A stretch of 60,796 nucleotides of DNA from positions 1 through 60,796 of IMG/VR virus record IMGVR_UViG_3300037963_000751; one strand, given 5' to 3'. Shown here piece by piece: positions 20,053 to 27,420 of the stretch (positions within the stretch are counted from its first letter, which is position 1; every line of letters starts with the position of its first letter). The stretch comes from a virus (Duplodnaviria; Caudoviricetes). The translations under genes were made by a program, and so were the position numbers. A model generated the notes under the pieces. That model searched no databases, was not told the DNA's origin, and saw nothing but the letters and a program-made list of their open reading frames with translations.

Positions 20053-20327
20053 GCTATTTGTTTTTAGTTAGTTAATAACTCTTCATCCTCTGAATAGTAA
20101 GACTCTATGTTATCCTCTGACACTATCTCCATTCCATCTTGTTCCCATAGGGTAACCCAACATTCCCTAATGGATACGTACTGAGGTTTATCTTTCTTTG
20201 ATTCATTGAAATGTTTCATGGCATCTTCTTGATGCTCATAAAAAGATGGGTAGTCTCTTCCATTACAATCGCTTTCCCATACTGAATATACTTTCTTTGC
20301 TTTCATGCTATTTGTTTTTAGTTAGTT
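20044..20327. repeat. 30-bp direct repeat (20044-20073 and 20298-20327) flanking one small gene
   Basis: TGCTTTCATGCTATTTGTTTTTAGTTAGTT occurs twice. Confidence 0.85.
20064..20306 (-). CDS. Hypothetical acidic protein
   Basis: ORF bounded by direct repeats. Confidence 0.7.
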   Translation of the reverse strand: MKAKKVYSVWESDCNGRDYPSFYEHQEDAMKHFNESKKDKPQYVSIRECWVTLWEQDGMEIVSEDNIESYYSEDEELLTN

Positions 20328-20520
20328 CAAATTCATATATGTTTTCTTTTTCATCTTCACTCATGCACTCATATATATCATCTCTTATATATACTCCCCT
20401 ATCTAAATACTCGACTTCTTCTTTCTTCCATTTTTCTTGTGAGTCAAGTTCAACAAAGTCATACCACTCATCAAACTTGTCAATGTCTTTCACAAAATAT
20501 ATTCTTCCTTTATCTTTCAT
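20308..20520 (-). CDS. Hypothetical acidic protein (70 aa, start MKDKGRI)
   Basis: AAACAAATCAAATG leader; the longer ORF-track start overlaps a terminator and the upstream gene. Confidence 0.65.
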   Translation of the reverse strand: MKDKGRIYFVKDIDKFDEWYDFVELDSQEKWKKEEVEYLDRGVYIRDDIYECMSEDEKENIYEFELTKNK

Positions 20521-20539
20521 TTGATTTGTTTTTAAGATT

Positions 20540-20568
20540 ATAAAATAGGGGAGAGACTTTCCCTCCCC
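20540..20568 (-). terminator. Probable terminator after the GATase-GGCT gene
   Basis: GGGGAG/CTCCCC stem followed by a U-rich tract on the minus strand. Confidence 0.5.
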
Positions 20569-20581
20569 ATCCTTATGTGTG

Positions 20582-20599
20582 TGGCTCGTTGACGAGCCA
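20582..20599. repeat. Dyad motif copy TGGCTCG-TTGA-CGAGCCA abutting a stop codon
   Basis: Read directly. Confidence 0.9.
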
Positions 20600-21808
20600 T
20601 TATGAATAGAGGTTATACTTGTTAACCTCTTCTTCAGTGAACCAACCACCACATGAATTGCAGTAGTACATATTGAACCTATCATGCTCAAGTGTACCCG
20701 AGTAACAATCAATGCAGTGGGGTGTAACAAGCATGTTACTATCTTCACTAATGTCCTTATCTCTATTCTCCCACTCTTCTAAGAACTTGTCTGCGTCCTC
20801 TGTTTGTTTGGGTGTTGAGGTAAAGAAGTTCTCCTCTTGTTTAACGTAGGTCGTGTCCTCCCATGAATCCCATGCAGTATTCTTCTTTGGTGTTGACTTG
20901 TAGCTTGGTGTCCAATTATCCCATGAATCCCATGTGCTCCAACCATAGTTGGATTTTATTTTGGGTTGAACATATGTCTTGTGTAACTGTCTGTTACCTA
21001 CCTTCTCTTGTATGTTGAAGTATACCCAAGCCATTACAATACTACCATCCTCCATCTTCACAGGTATCTTCTCACGTCTGTACCAAGTAGGGTGCGACTC
21101 CAATCCATCAATGTCCTTGAACACTGAGTCACTTACCTTGAACACATCAATCTCTACGTTGTGTCCTCGACCTTTCTCATTGATGAGGTATGGTAATCCA
21201 CTGATGATAAGAGGATACTTGTCTTGTGTCTTACCTGCACCCACATACCTTGACTTATCTAAGTACCAATTGTAATTGTTGTACCCTTTCTTCAGTGTAC
21301 CATACACACCTATCACATTGTCCTGCAACACGTTGGTCTTGGAATACCACACACCATCTTTGAAAGTATACAAGTGTCTGTTGTATATCTGAAAGGTCTT
21401 AGTCTTGGTATTGATACTGACAAACCTACTACTATACTTGGCGAGGTACTTCTTCCATTTCTTACGTGGTATGTCCCCAAGTTTCTCAGCTAACACTCTG
21501 CTATCACACTTGATGAAGTTCCCCATACCTTTGATAGTTCCGTTCATCATTAGCAGTTCATCTTTCTGCTTACCACATACGAACGGATGAGTATTTTCTA
21601 TGTTCACTGCACCCACTGTCGCATATCTGAAGTGAGCAATGTATGGTCGAGTGGTGTCAAGTATCTCCCACTCATTAGACTTGTGATAGGATACATCAAA
21701 GGTATCCAACCATACCACACCCATACCATCAGGGTTTATCATTGCCGAGTTCTCTAAGGTGTCTCGACTAACCTTGTTTTGTTTTTGTTTAATAATAATT
21801 ACACACAT
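20600..21808 (-). CDS. Class II glutamine amidotransferase fused to a gamma-glutamylcyclotransferase (AIG2-like) domain and a C-terminal Zn ribbon
   Basis: N-terminal MC, NPDGMG, HFRYATVG, THPF, NG, DS; VYGTLKKG and LE GGCT motifs; CIDC...CNSC. Confidence 0.85.
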   Translation of the reverse strand: MCVIIIKQKQNKVSRDTLENSAMINPDGMGVVWLDTFDVSYHKSNEWEILDTTRPYIAHFRYATVGAVNIENTHPFVCGKQKDELLMMNGTIKGMGNFIKCDSRVLAEKLGDIPRKKWKKYLAKYSSRFVSINTKTKTFQIYNRHLYTFKDGVWYSKTNVLQDNVIGVYGTLKKGYNNYNWYLDKSRYVGAGKTQDKYPLIISGLPYLINEKGRGHNVEIDVFKVSDSVFKDIDGLESHPTWYRREKIPVKMEDGSIVMAWVYFNIQEKVGNRQLHKTYVQPKIKSNYGWSTWDSWDNWTPSYKSTPKKNTAWDSWEDTTYVKQEENFFTSTPKQTEDADKFLEEWENRDKDISEDSNMLVTPHCIDCYSGTLEHDRFNMYYCNSCGGWFTEEEVNKYNLYS

Positions 21809-21868
21809 AATTGTAAATTTAATTTAATTTGTGGCACGAATAACGTGGTCGTACCTTCCACTTATCTT

Positions 21869-21886
21869 TGGCTCGTTGACGAGCTA
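21869..21886. repeat. Dyad motif copy TGGCTCG-TTGA-CGAGCTA (contains the amidoligase stop)
   Basis: Read directly. Confidence 0.9.
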
Positions 21887-22921
21887 CTTCCAATTGTCTA
21901 TCTTCCAACCATATTCTCTGTTGTCTTGACGCTTGTTGTAGTAGTACAACTCTTTCTCTATTGCACACTGTGTCCACCTACCTGTATTGTGAAAGTCCCC
22001 ATCAAGAAAGGGTAATGCGTTGGCATCTATCCTGCCCTCGTTTAAGAATAAGTCAAAGCTTTTCGCATAATCCAATGCCTCATCTACTTTGCGAGTGTCA
22101 TTGTTATACATCATCATTAAGATGGGACGTATCTTAGCATAGAATACTTTGTGCTGTCGTCTTGGATAGTTCACTGCGGTATCCATTAACTCATAGAACA
22201 ACTCGTACCTCCTCATCATCTGTCGAACGGACGTGAATCTGCTGACAAGTCTAAACTCAACTGTCCCATTTGCTTTGGCTAACACCATGTTGTACCTGCC
22301 GTTCTGTCCATTGTAGGTATAGTTATACTTCCTCATGTTCTTGATTAACCTACTCTCTTCGCTCGTTCTCATGTTGAGGTTACCATTGCAATAGGAGTTT
22401 CCGAGTCTTAGTCTATACAAGTACATCATTATGCCACTATACTTACGTAACTTCTTGAGTAGTTCGCTTGACGTCATGCCGTCACACGCCACTGTGATAT
22501 GTCCACCACAATCTGAATTGCTTGGACTCCATCTGTCATCTATTACTCTCTCTGCTTGGTACATAAGGTTGTAGATTTTCGTTCTCCAACTACAGCGTGG
22601 GAGCAATGGTAGTATGTGAGTAACTGCCTCAGTACCACAACTACTATCTCTCTCAAAGCCACAGAATAATCTGTACTCATAGATAGAACTACGTGATATG
22701 TCCTCCTTCTCCACCTCCATACCGATAGTAAACTTGGTTTCATAATCTCCACCCAAATCAATGAGCGAGTCACGTTGCTCTCGTTTTCTTAGACCTGCAA
22801 TATCTACTTTGTACTTGGTCTTGTTTAGTTTGAGGGGTGGTAGCTTACAATGATAGTCTACTCGTTGCCCTCTTGTTCGTTCGCCCGTTAGTTCGTAGGC
22901 GATTCCATTTTGTTCACACAT
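21884..22921 (-). CDS. Putative amidoligase (COOH-NH2 ligase, Amidoligase_2-like)
   Basis: IGMEVE, ERDSS, EAVT, CGGHITV, RY and TVEFR motifs; adjacent to GATase/GGCT. Confidence 0.8.
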   Translation of the reverse strand: MCEQNGIAYELTGERTRGQRVDYHCKLPPLKLNKTKYKVDIAGLRKREQRDSLIDLGGDYETKFTIGMEVEKEDISRSSIYEYRLFCGFERDSSCGTEAVTHILPLLPRCSWRTKIYNLMYQAERVIDDRWSPSNSDCGGHITVACDGMTSSELLKKLRKYSGIMMYLYRLRLGNSYCNGNLNMRTSEESRLIKNMRKYNYTYNGQNGRYNMVLAKANGTVEFRLVSRFTSVRQMMRRYELFYELMDTAVNYPRRQHKVFYAKIRPILMMMYNNDTRKVDEALDYAKSFDLFLNEGRIDANALPFLDGDFHNTGRWTQCAIEKELYYYNKRQDNREYGWKIDNWK

Positions 22922-22949
22922 AATATTTGATTTTATTTAATTAAACAAT

Positions 22950-22969
22950 ATGGCTCGTTGCCGAGCCAT
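22950..22969. repeat. Dyad motif copy ATGGCTCG-TTGC-CGAGCCAT
   Basis: Read directly. Confidence 0.9.
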
Positions 22970-22974
22970 TACTT

Positions 22975-23469
22975 TTATTCTTCCGTTGCACTATTAGTTT
23001 CTTGAAATTCTGTAGAAGCTTCAGCAGAAGCTCGGTCAAGTTGTTCTTGTGCTGTCTCCTCATCAATGAATGAGAAGTCATCACACATATTGTCCATTAC
23101 TACATCTAATAGTTGGTCTTGAGCCTGCTCAATCTCTCCATACATTTCACTCCCAAAGTGGAATGATAATGGGTTCACGTGTATCTCGTTGCCATCTAAC
23201 TCAAGGTCATAGTCCCAATCCTCTATCCAATTACTTGACTCTTCGTTTGATACGCTCTCACTTATAGATAGCTTGGCAAACAGGTCTGTAACATACGCCT
23301 GAAAGGCTGCCTTAGTCATGTTGATTTTACCCTCATTAGCTTGAGGTTCCTCAATCCTATTCAATAATTTAATCACTTCCTCTCGAGTGAATAATGTTTT
23401 GTGGAACACAGTCCCCATGTTCTCATCAAGTTTTGTTAGCACTTCTGCTATTGTTAATTTGTTTTGCAT
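22975..23469 (-). CDS. Acidic hypothetical protein
   Basis: D/E-rich 164-aa ORF. Confidence 0.75.
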   Translation of the reverse strand: MQNKLTIAEVLTKLDENMGTVFHKTLFTREEVIKLLNRIEEPQANEGKINMTKAAFQAYVTDLFAKLSISESVSNEESSNWIEDWDYDLELDGNEIHVNPLSFHFGSEMYGEIEQAQDQLLDVVMDNMCDDFSFIDEETAQEQLDRASAEASTEFQETNSATEE

Positions 23470-23489
23470 AATACATTTTATTAATTGGT

Positions 23490-23527
23490 TACACTACCAA
23501 AACCCCATGCCGTTGCTGACATGGGGT
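23490..23527 (-). terminator. Hairpin plus TTTTGGTAGTGTA element (copy A)
   Basis: ACCCCATG/CATGGGGT stem; tail shared with 25875. Confidence 0.65.
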
Positions 23528-23534
23528 AAGGTAA

Positions 23535-23554
23535 ATGGCTCGTTGGCGAGCCAT
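23535..23554. repeat. Dyad motif copy ATGGCTCG-TTGG-CGAGCCAT
   Basis: Read directly; abuts the stop of the 31-aa ORF. Confidence 0.9.
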
Positions 23555-23650
23555 CTATATTCCGTAGGCGTATGAATAATAAATACCTACGAATACTAAT
23601 GTGGATATACACACACCCACAAGCGTTAAATTAATAATGGTTGATTTCAT
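23555..23650 (-). CDS. 31-aa single-pass membrane peptide (MKSTIINLTLVGVCISTLVFVGIYYSYAYGI), not in the ORF track
   Basis: First ORF after the promoter at 23765; hydrophobic. Confidence 0.55.
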   Translation of the reverse strand: MKSTIINLTLVGVCISTLVFVGIYYSYAYGI

Positions 23651-23707
23651 TTGTCCTTAATGTTAATCAGTTCTGCTTACTCTGTTCACGATTTTCAGCG
23701 TCCTCGT

Positions 23708-23725
23708 TGGCTCGTTGACGAGCTA
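23708..23725. repeat. Dyad motif copy TGGCTCG-TTGA-CGAGCTA
   Basis: Read directly; ~40 bp downstream of the promoter -7 box. Confidence 0.9.
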
Positions 23726-23764
23726 CCATATACAGTATATATAGTACTCTCGACAACAACAATA

Positions 23765-23796
23765 CAAAAGTACTACAAATAAATGACAATTCCAAG
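23765..23796 (-). promoter_or_regulatory. Early promoter CTTGGAATTGT-N13-TACTTTTG
   Basis: Consensus TAnnTTTG -7 box plus TTG -33 element. Confidence 0.75.
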
Positions 23797-23847
23797 ACAT
23801 TTTAAAAAAGTTATTAACAGGTTTTAATCTTTTATTTTGTTTGACTC

Positions 23848-23867
23848 ATGGCTCGTTGACGAGCTAT
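23848..23867. repeat. Dyad motif copy ATGGCTCG-TTGA-CGAGCTAT (contains a TAG stop)
   Basis: Read directly. Confidence 0.9.
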
Positions 23868-24352
23868 TTAATCCTCCTCCCTTTCTCATTCAGTTGCTTG
23901 AATTTCATTAGCTTTTCCTCGATAGTTTTACATCCCTTGTAATCTCCGTATGAACCCATTGCACTTACTCGTGCAAACCTTAACATCTCTTCATCACTCC
24001 ATGGACTCTCAAAGATTAGTTCACTCCCATCTACTACATACATGAATGGTGTCCACTCAATATACCTCTGATGATTTTTCTCCCACGATTTTAGTAAAAG
24101 ATATTTGTCCTCTTTCAGTCTTGTTGTGTATGCATAGTCCCTCTCATTGAAACTGCTGAAGTTAGTATGGTCTACGTACTTATGGTCTACATAGAACCCA
24201 CTTACTTTCATTACTAACACTTGGTCTCCTGCCTCTATGTTATCTCCGAATTGCGTACCATTGTACGTAGCTTGCCTAAGATTCTCCTCGGCAAATTGTT
24301 TAATGAATTTATTTTTCATCTGTTTTATTTTTAGGTTTAACTTTATTCTCAT
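23864..24352 (-). CDS. Hypothetical protein (start may be the later MKNKF)
   Basis: ORF packing. Confidence 0.7.
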   Translation of the reverse strand: MRIKLNLKIKQMKNKFIKQFAEENLRQATYNGTQFGDNIEAGDQVLVMKVSGFYVDHKYVDHTNFSSFNERDYAYTTRLKEDKYLLLKSWEKNHQRYIEWTPFMYVVDGSELIFESPWSDEEMLRFARVSAMGSYGDYKGCKTIEEKLMKFKQLNEKGRRIK

Positions 24353-24530
24353 TCTCTAATGCATAGACTCGTCCATCTATTCGGTCAACGTACCTATCTA
24401 TTGCGTCTAACTTAGACTCTAAGTGTTGAATCTTTCGTTGGAGCATATACATTTTTGCTGTGATATTACTTACCACTATGCTTACTAAACTACTCGCCAC
24501 TATTGTGGCTACTATCATTGTTGTTGTCAT
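24309..24530 (-). CDS. Small membrane-anchored coiled-coil protein
   Basis: Hydrophobic N-terminus followed by heptads. Confidence 0.65.
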   Translation of the reverse strand: MTTTMIVATIVASSLVSIVVSNITAKMYMLQRKIQHLESKLDAIDRYVDRIDGRVYALENENKVKPKNKTDEK

Positions 24531-24873
24531 GACTTATCTTTTTTTTTAAATAATTATTCCAATGTTCCATGTGAGCCTTAATATCTACTATACTACCATC
24601 ATCCTTTACCATTCTCACAACCTCAACATCACTCCAATTTTCACATTGGGTTATCTCTCTCCAAGTCCTTGCCAACTTGTGTGCTTCACGATTTGTTAAG
24701 TACAAATCATTTACCTCCACGTCCTTCCAAAAGACTGAGTAAAGTTTGAGTGATTCGTAATACTCTTGGTCGTGAGGGTATCTTGCATCCTCTAATTCTT
24801 TTTGCCAATCCAACCACTCTTGGTCAGTCATATCTCGTTCGTCTTTTAAACGTAACACTTCATCATTCTTCAT
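24490..24873 (-). CDS. Hypothetical protein
   Basis: ORF packing. Confidence 0.7.
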   Translation of the reverse strand: MKNDEVLRLKDERDMTDQEWLDWQKELEDARYPHDQEYYESLKLYSVFWKDVEVNDLYLTNREAHKLARTWREITQCENWSDVEVVRMVKDDGSIVDIKAHMEHWNNYLKKKISHDNNNDSSHNSGE

Positions 24874-24876
24874 AAC

Positions 24877-25080
24877 TTATTTGTTTTTATTGATTATATT
24901 AAAGTAAAATCCTAAGCAGGCTGTTGACTGAAAGAGCCACCACACACCTGTCATTATTCTTGTTTTCATTTGCACTTCACGTGCACTAAAGTCTCCCATG
25001 AAACTTAACACTGATGCAATACCCAACATAACTGCAAGGATAAAGCACACATTCTTTAGATAAACATCTTTCTTTTTCAT
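24877..25080 (-). CDS. Small two-TM membrane protein
   Basis: Two hydrophobic segments. Confidence 0.65.
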   Translation of the reverse strand: MKKKDVYLKNVCFILAVMLGIASVLSFMGDFSAREVQMKTRIMTGVWWLFQSTACLGFYFNIINKNK

Positions 25081-25086
25081 CTGTAT

Positions 25087-25314
25087 TTATTTATTTGGTT
25101 TAACATTATGGCTCGCTAACGAGCTGTTTTCTATTTCGTTTAACATCTCAAGGTGATTGTCTAATACATCTAACATTCGTTCGAGATTCTCTACTCTTGT
25201 ATTGGCGTTATTCATTTTAATAAATCCTCGTGCACCCCCAATACATAATATTAGTGCACAAATTGGTATAACAATTAGTCCCATTTTGTTTTCTTTTTTA
25301 AATTTAACTTTCAC
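25087..25314 (-). CDS. Small membrane-anchored protein
   Basis: N-terminal TM segment. Confidence 0.65.
   Translation of the reverse strand: MKVKFKKENKMGLIVIPICALILCIGGARGFIKMNNANTRVENLERMLDVLDNHLEMLNEIENSSLASHNVKPNK
25109..25126. repeat. Dyad motif copy TGGCTCG-CTAA-CGAGCTG (inside a CDS)
   Basis: Read directly. Confidence 0.85.
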
Positions 25315-25681
25315 TTTTTATTTCGTTCCCCTCTATTGTAAACCACTCTCCGTCCCAATCTTCTAATACAATTTCGTTCGTACTCTTTCGCATAATATCC
25401 CACTTAAAATCTTTTTGTCTAATGTGGTATGGTGTTCGTCCAAGTATTCCATTGAGTCGTTCCTTTGTGGTGTTACTCTTACTTAAAAGCGTACTTATGT
25501 TTGACATTTTATAACGTATATACAAACGCCTATTGTTTGCAGTTAAGACTGCTATATTATATCCGAATAAATACATTTCAGCCTCATAGTTAGGCGTAAT
25601 TTTTACGTGTGTATTGCCACGTTTGAACGTCTTATATGCATACATTTTTTGCATAGCGTCCGCAGTTATTTTTCTGCTCAT
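25304..25681 (-). CDS. Hypothetical early protein
   Basis: ORF with an AT-rich leader. Confidence 0.75.
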   Translation of the reverse strand: MSRKITADAMQKMYAYKTFKRGNTHVKITPNYEAEMYLFGYNIAVLTANNRRLYIRYKMSNISTLLSKSNTTKERLNGILGRTPYHIRQKDFKWDIMRKSTNEIVLEDWDGEWFTIEGNEIKSES

Positions 25682-25695
25682 ATAAATAAATATTA

Positions 25696-25746
25696 AATGG
25701 CTCGCTGGCGAGCCATTGATTAAACATTTAGCTCGTTAACGAGCCA
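25696..25746. repeat. Two dyad copies: AATGGCTCG-CTGG-CGAGCCATT (25696-25717) and TAGCTCG-TTAA-CGAGCCA (25729-25746)
   Basis: Read directly. Confidence 0.9.
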
Positions 25747-25874
25747 CTAATAAACATATCAATGAGCCATTTTAAAGCCCTCTAAGAGCGTTTAAATGGT
25801 CAAAGGTATACAGGCACCACAAACAATTAAAAGCCTGCTTAAAAGCAAGGTATTTAAATGAACGGGTAACTTTA

Positions 25875-25912
25875 TACACTACCAAAAGCCCCTGCCAATA
25901 ACGGCAGGGGCT
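25875..25912 (-). terminator. Hairpin plus TTTTGGTAGTGTA element (copy B)
   Basis: AGCCCCTGCC/GGCAGGGGCT 10-bp stem just after 25938..26618. Confidence 0.75.
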
Positions 25913-25937
25913 AAACTTGTTGGTATATTGTTAGGTA

Positions 25938-26618
25938 TTAGCTTAAGTCGACTGCAGTTATGTTAACACCTGCTCCCATTTTAGCTTTTAGCTTTGTATC
26001 CTTAGCCTTTTGTAACGCTGACTCCAAAGCTTTAATAACTTCGTCTATGTCGCAAGGGCTTTTAAAGTTACCTTGTGAATCAATTCGAGCGTGAACTTTG
26101 TTTTCTGACTCGTTACTCGTAAAAGTCATTAAACTTTTTTCTTTGCCCTCGTCTACAGTTACGCCCTCAGAATCTCCGCCATTATTAGCTACTTTTTTAC
26201 AAAACTTATTAAAGCCCTCAATAGATGGATTTTTTTCCGCCTCCGTACTTGCTTTTAAATAAGCCTTTTTTACATTGTTATCTTTTAGGCGGTTGTTTTC
26301 AGCCTGCACTAATTTTTTGCCCCACGAATAAGAACGATTAAAGACCTTTGTATATAAGTCCTCAATAGTCCAAGTCAAGCCCGTTGCTTTTAATACTTCT
26401 TTGCCCTCCGCACTTTTGATAAAGTCCTTAGCTTTAAGCATTAACTTAGCTAACTTAAGCGACGTTTCAAACTCATTTTTGGAAGCCTCAAAACTTGCTT
26501 TACTCAACTCGTTAATTTCAGCGTTTAAGCTGTCAATCTTAGTAGTGTTAATTTGTGTTTTAACTTTAGCGTTATTTAAGAACGCTGTTTCGATAGTGTT
26601 TAATTGTGTGTTATTCAT
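25938..26618 (-). CDS. First early gene; coiled coil plus possible HTH (DUF3102-like) DNA-binding protein
   Basis: LKLAKLMLKAKD...WTIEDLYTKVFNRSYSWGKKLVQ pattern; has its own promoter and terminator. Confidence 0.55.
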   Translation of the reverse strand: MNNTQLNTIETAFLNNAKVKTQINTTKIDSLNAEINELSKASFEASKNEFETSLKLAKLMLKAKDFIKSAEGKEVLKATGLTWTIEDLYTKVFNRSYSWGKKLVQAENNRLKDNNVKKAYLKASTEAEKNPSIEGFNKFCKKVANNGGDSEGVTVDEGKEKSLMTFTSNESENKVHARIDSQGNFKSPCDIDEVIKALESALQKAKDTKLKAKMGAGVNITAVDLS

Positions 26619-26635
26619 AACATTAAATTTTAGTT

Positions 26636-26653
26636 TGGCTCGTTGGCGAGCCG
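26636..26653. repeat. Dyad motif copy TGGCTCG-TTGG-CGAGCCG
   Basis: Read directly; lies between the promoter and the start codon. Confidence 0.9.
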
Positions 26654-26698
26654 TTTATTAAATTAGATTAATTGTATACTGCCAACCGCATACGAGTA

Positions 26699-26730
26699 CA
26701 ATATTAGTCTATAACTATGACAATAGCAAG
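26699..26730 (-). promoter_or_regulatory. Early promoter CTTGCTATTGT-N13-TAATATTG
   Basis: Same spacing and motif as 18662 and 23765. Confidence 0.65.
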
Positions 26731-26900
26731 CGAATTAAGGAAAAAGTTTTCAACAATTTTTTAATCGACCTGTTAATAACTCTGTAACGTGTTGATAGTC
26801 AAGCAGTTACGACAAAAATAATCCTGCAAATAAATTTAAAATATTTTTTTTGGTGCAGTGGTTCCCCTTTTTCTTTATACGTGTAACACGTGAAACGTAG

Positions 26901-27000
26901 CAGGGGCAACGGATACAGGGCGAACGAGGGCAGGGGTACAGGGGTGCAGGGGCGTACGTGTGCGAATAGCTACAATGTAGGCAGGGCAGGGGCTACAGGC
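26901..27000 (+). repeat. G-rich CAGGG(G) repeat cluster in the divergent intergenic region
   Basis: About 8 (C/G)AGGG(G) units in 100 bp of an AT-rich genome. Confidence 0.8.
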
Positions 27001-27140
27001 GAAAAGCAAAACGCCAAAAAATTGGGACGGCACCACAGGAAAACAAAATCGAGGGTAAAAAAATATCGGTTTTGCAGATGGGGGGTCGTTGCGTGAAATA
27101 CCATAGGACCCAATACCTACGGGTATCTAATATTTTTTTG

Positions 27141-27148
27141 TACCTTTG
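27141..27148 (+). promoter_or_regulatory. Bacteroidota -7 promoter box TACCTTTG
   Basis: TAnnTTTG ~25 bp upstream of an ATG. Confidence 0.7.
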
Positions 27149-27170
27149 TATATAATTAAAATAATATACC

Positions 27171-27362
27171 ATGGATGGATTAACAATAAAAGATGGTAGG
27201 TTAATTAATAACCGACCTAATAGTATTACAGGAATAGAGGAGGCTGCTATGCTGAAGAGAGCTGCTAAGAAAGCGAGAAAGGTTGAACAGATTGCGGCAG
27301 GAATGGAGATGGCTGAGTCTATGAAAGAGATGAGAACCATCATGAGTAAGAGAAAATTCTAA
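27171..27362 (+). CDS. Small hypothetical protein
   Basis: Has its own promoter and terminator. Confidence 0.7.
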   Translation: MDGLTIKDGRLINNRPNSITGIEEAAMLKRAAKKARKVEQIAAGMEMAESMKEMRTIMSKRKF

Positions 27363-27386
27363 CAACAAATGTCCTTAATGTTGTTT

Positions 27387-27415
27387 AGGGGATACCTTTA
27401 TGGTGTCCCTTTTTT
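27387..27415 (+). terminator. Intrinsic terminator
   Basis: GGGATACC/GGTGTCCC stem plus T run. Confidence 0.7.
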
Positions 27416-27420
27416 ATTTC

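Noticed and set aside
20521-20748. N-terminal extension of ORF 20308..20748
   Set aside because: Overlaps the GATase gene, a dyad and a terminator; a better start with the shared leader is at 20520
20582-26653. Dyad repeats as a CRISPR array
   Set aside because: Spacing is irregular (30 bp to kilobases), whole genes lie between copies, the repeat is only 14-22 bp and no cas genes are present
26890-27343. ORFs 26890..27096 (+) and 26993..27343 (-)
   Set aside because: They translate the G-rich repeats or are antisense to 27171..27362, and lack a suitable leader
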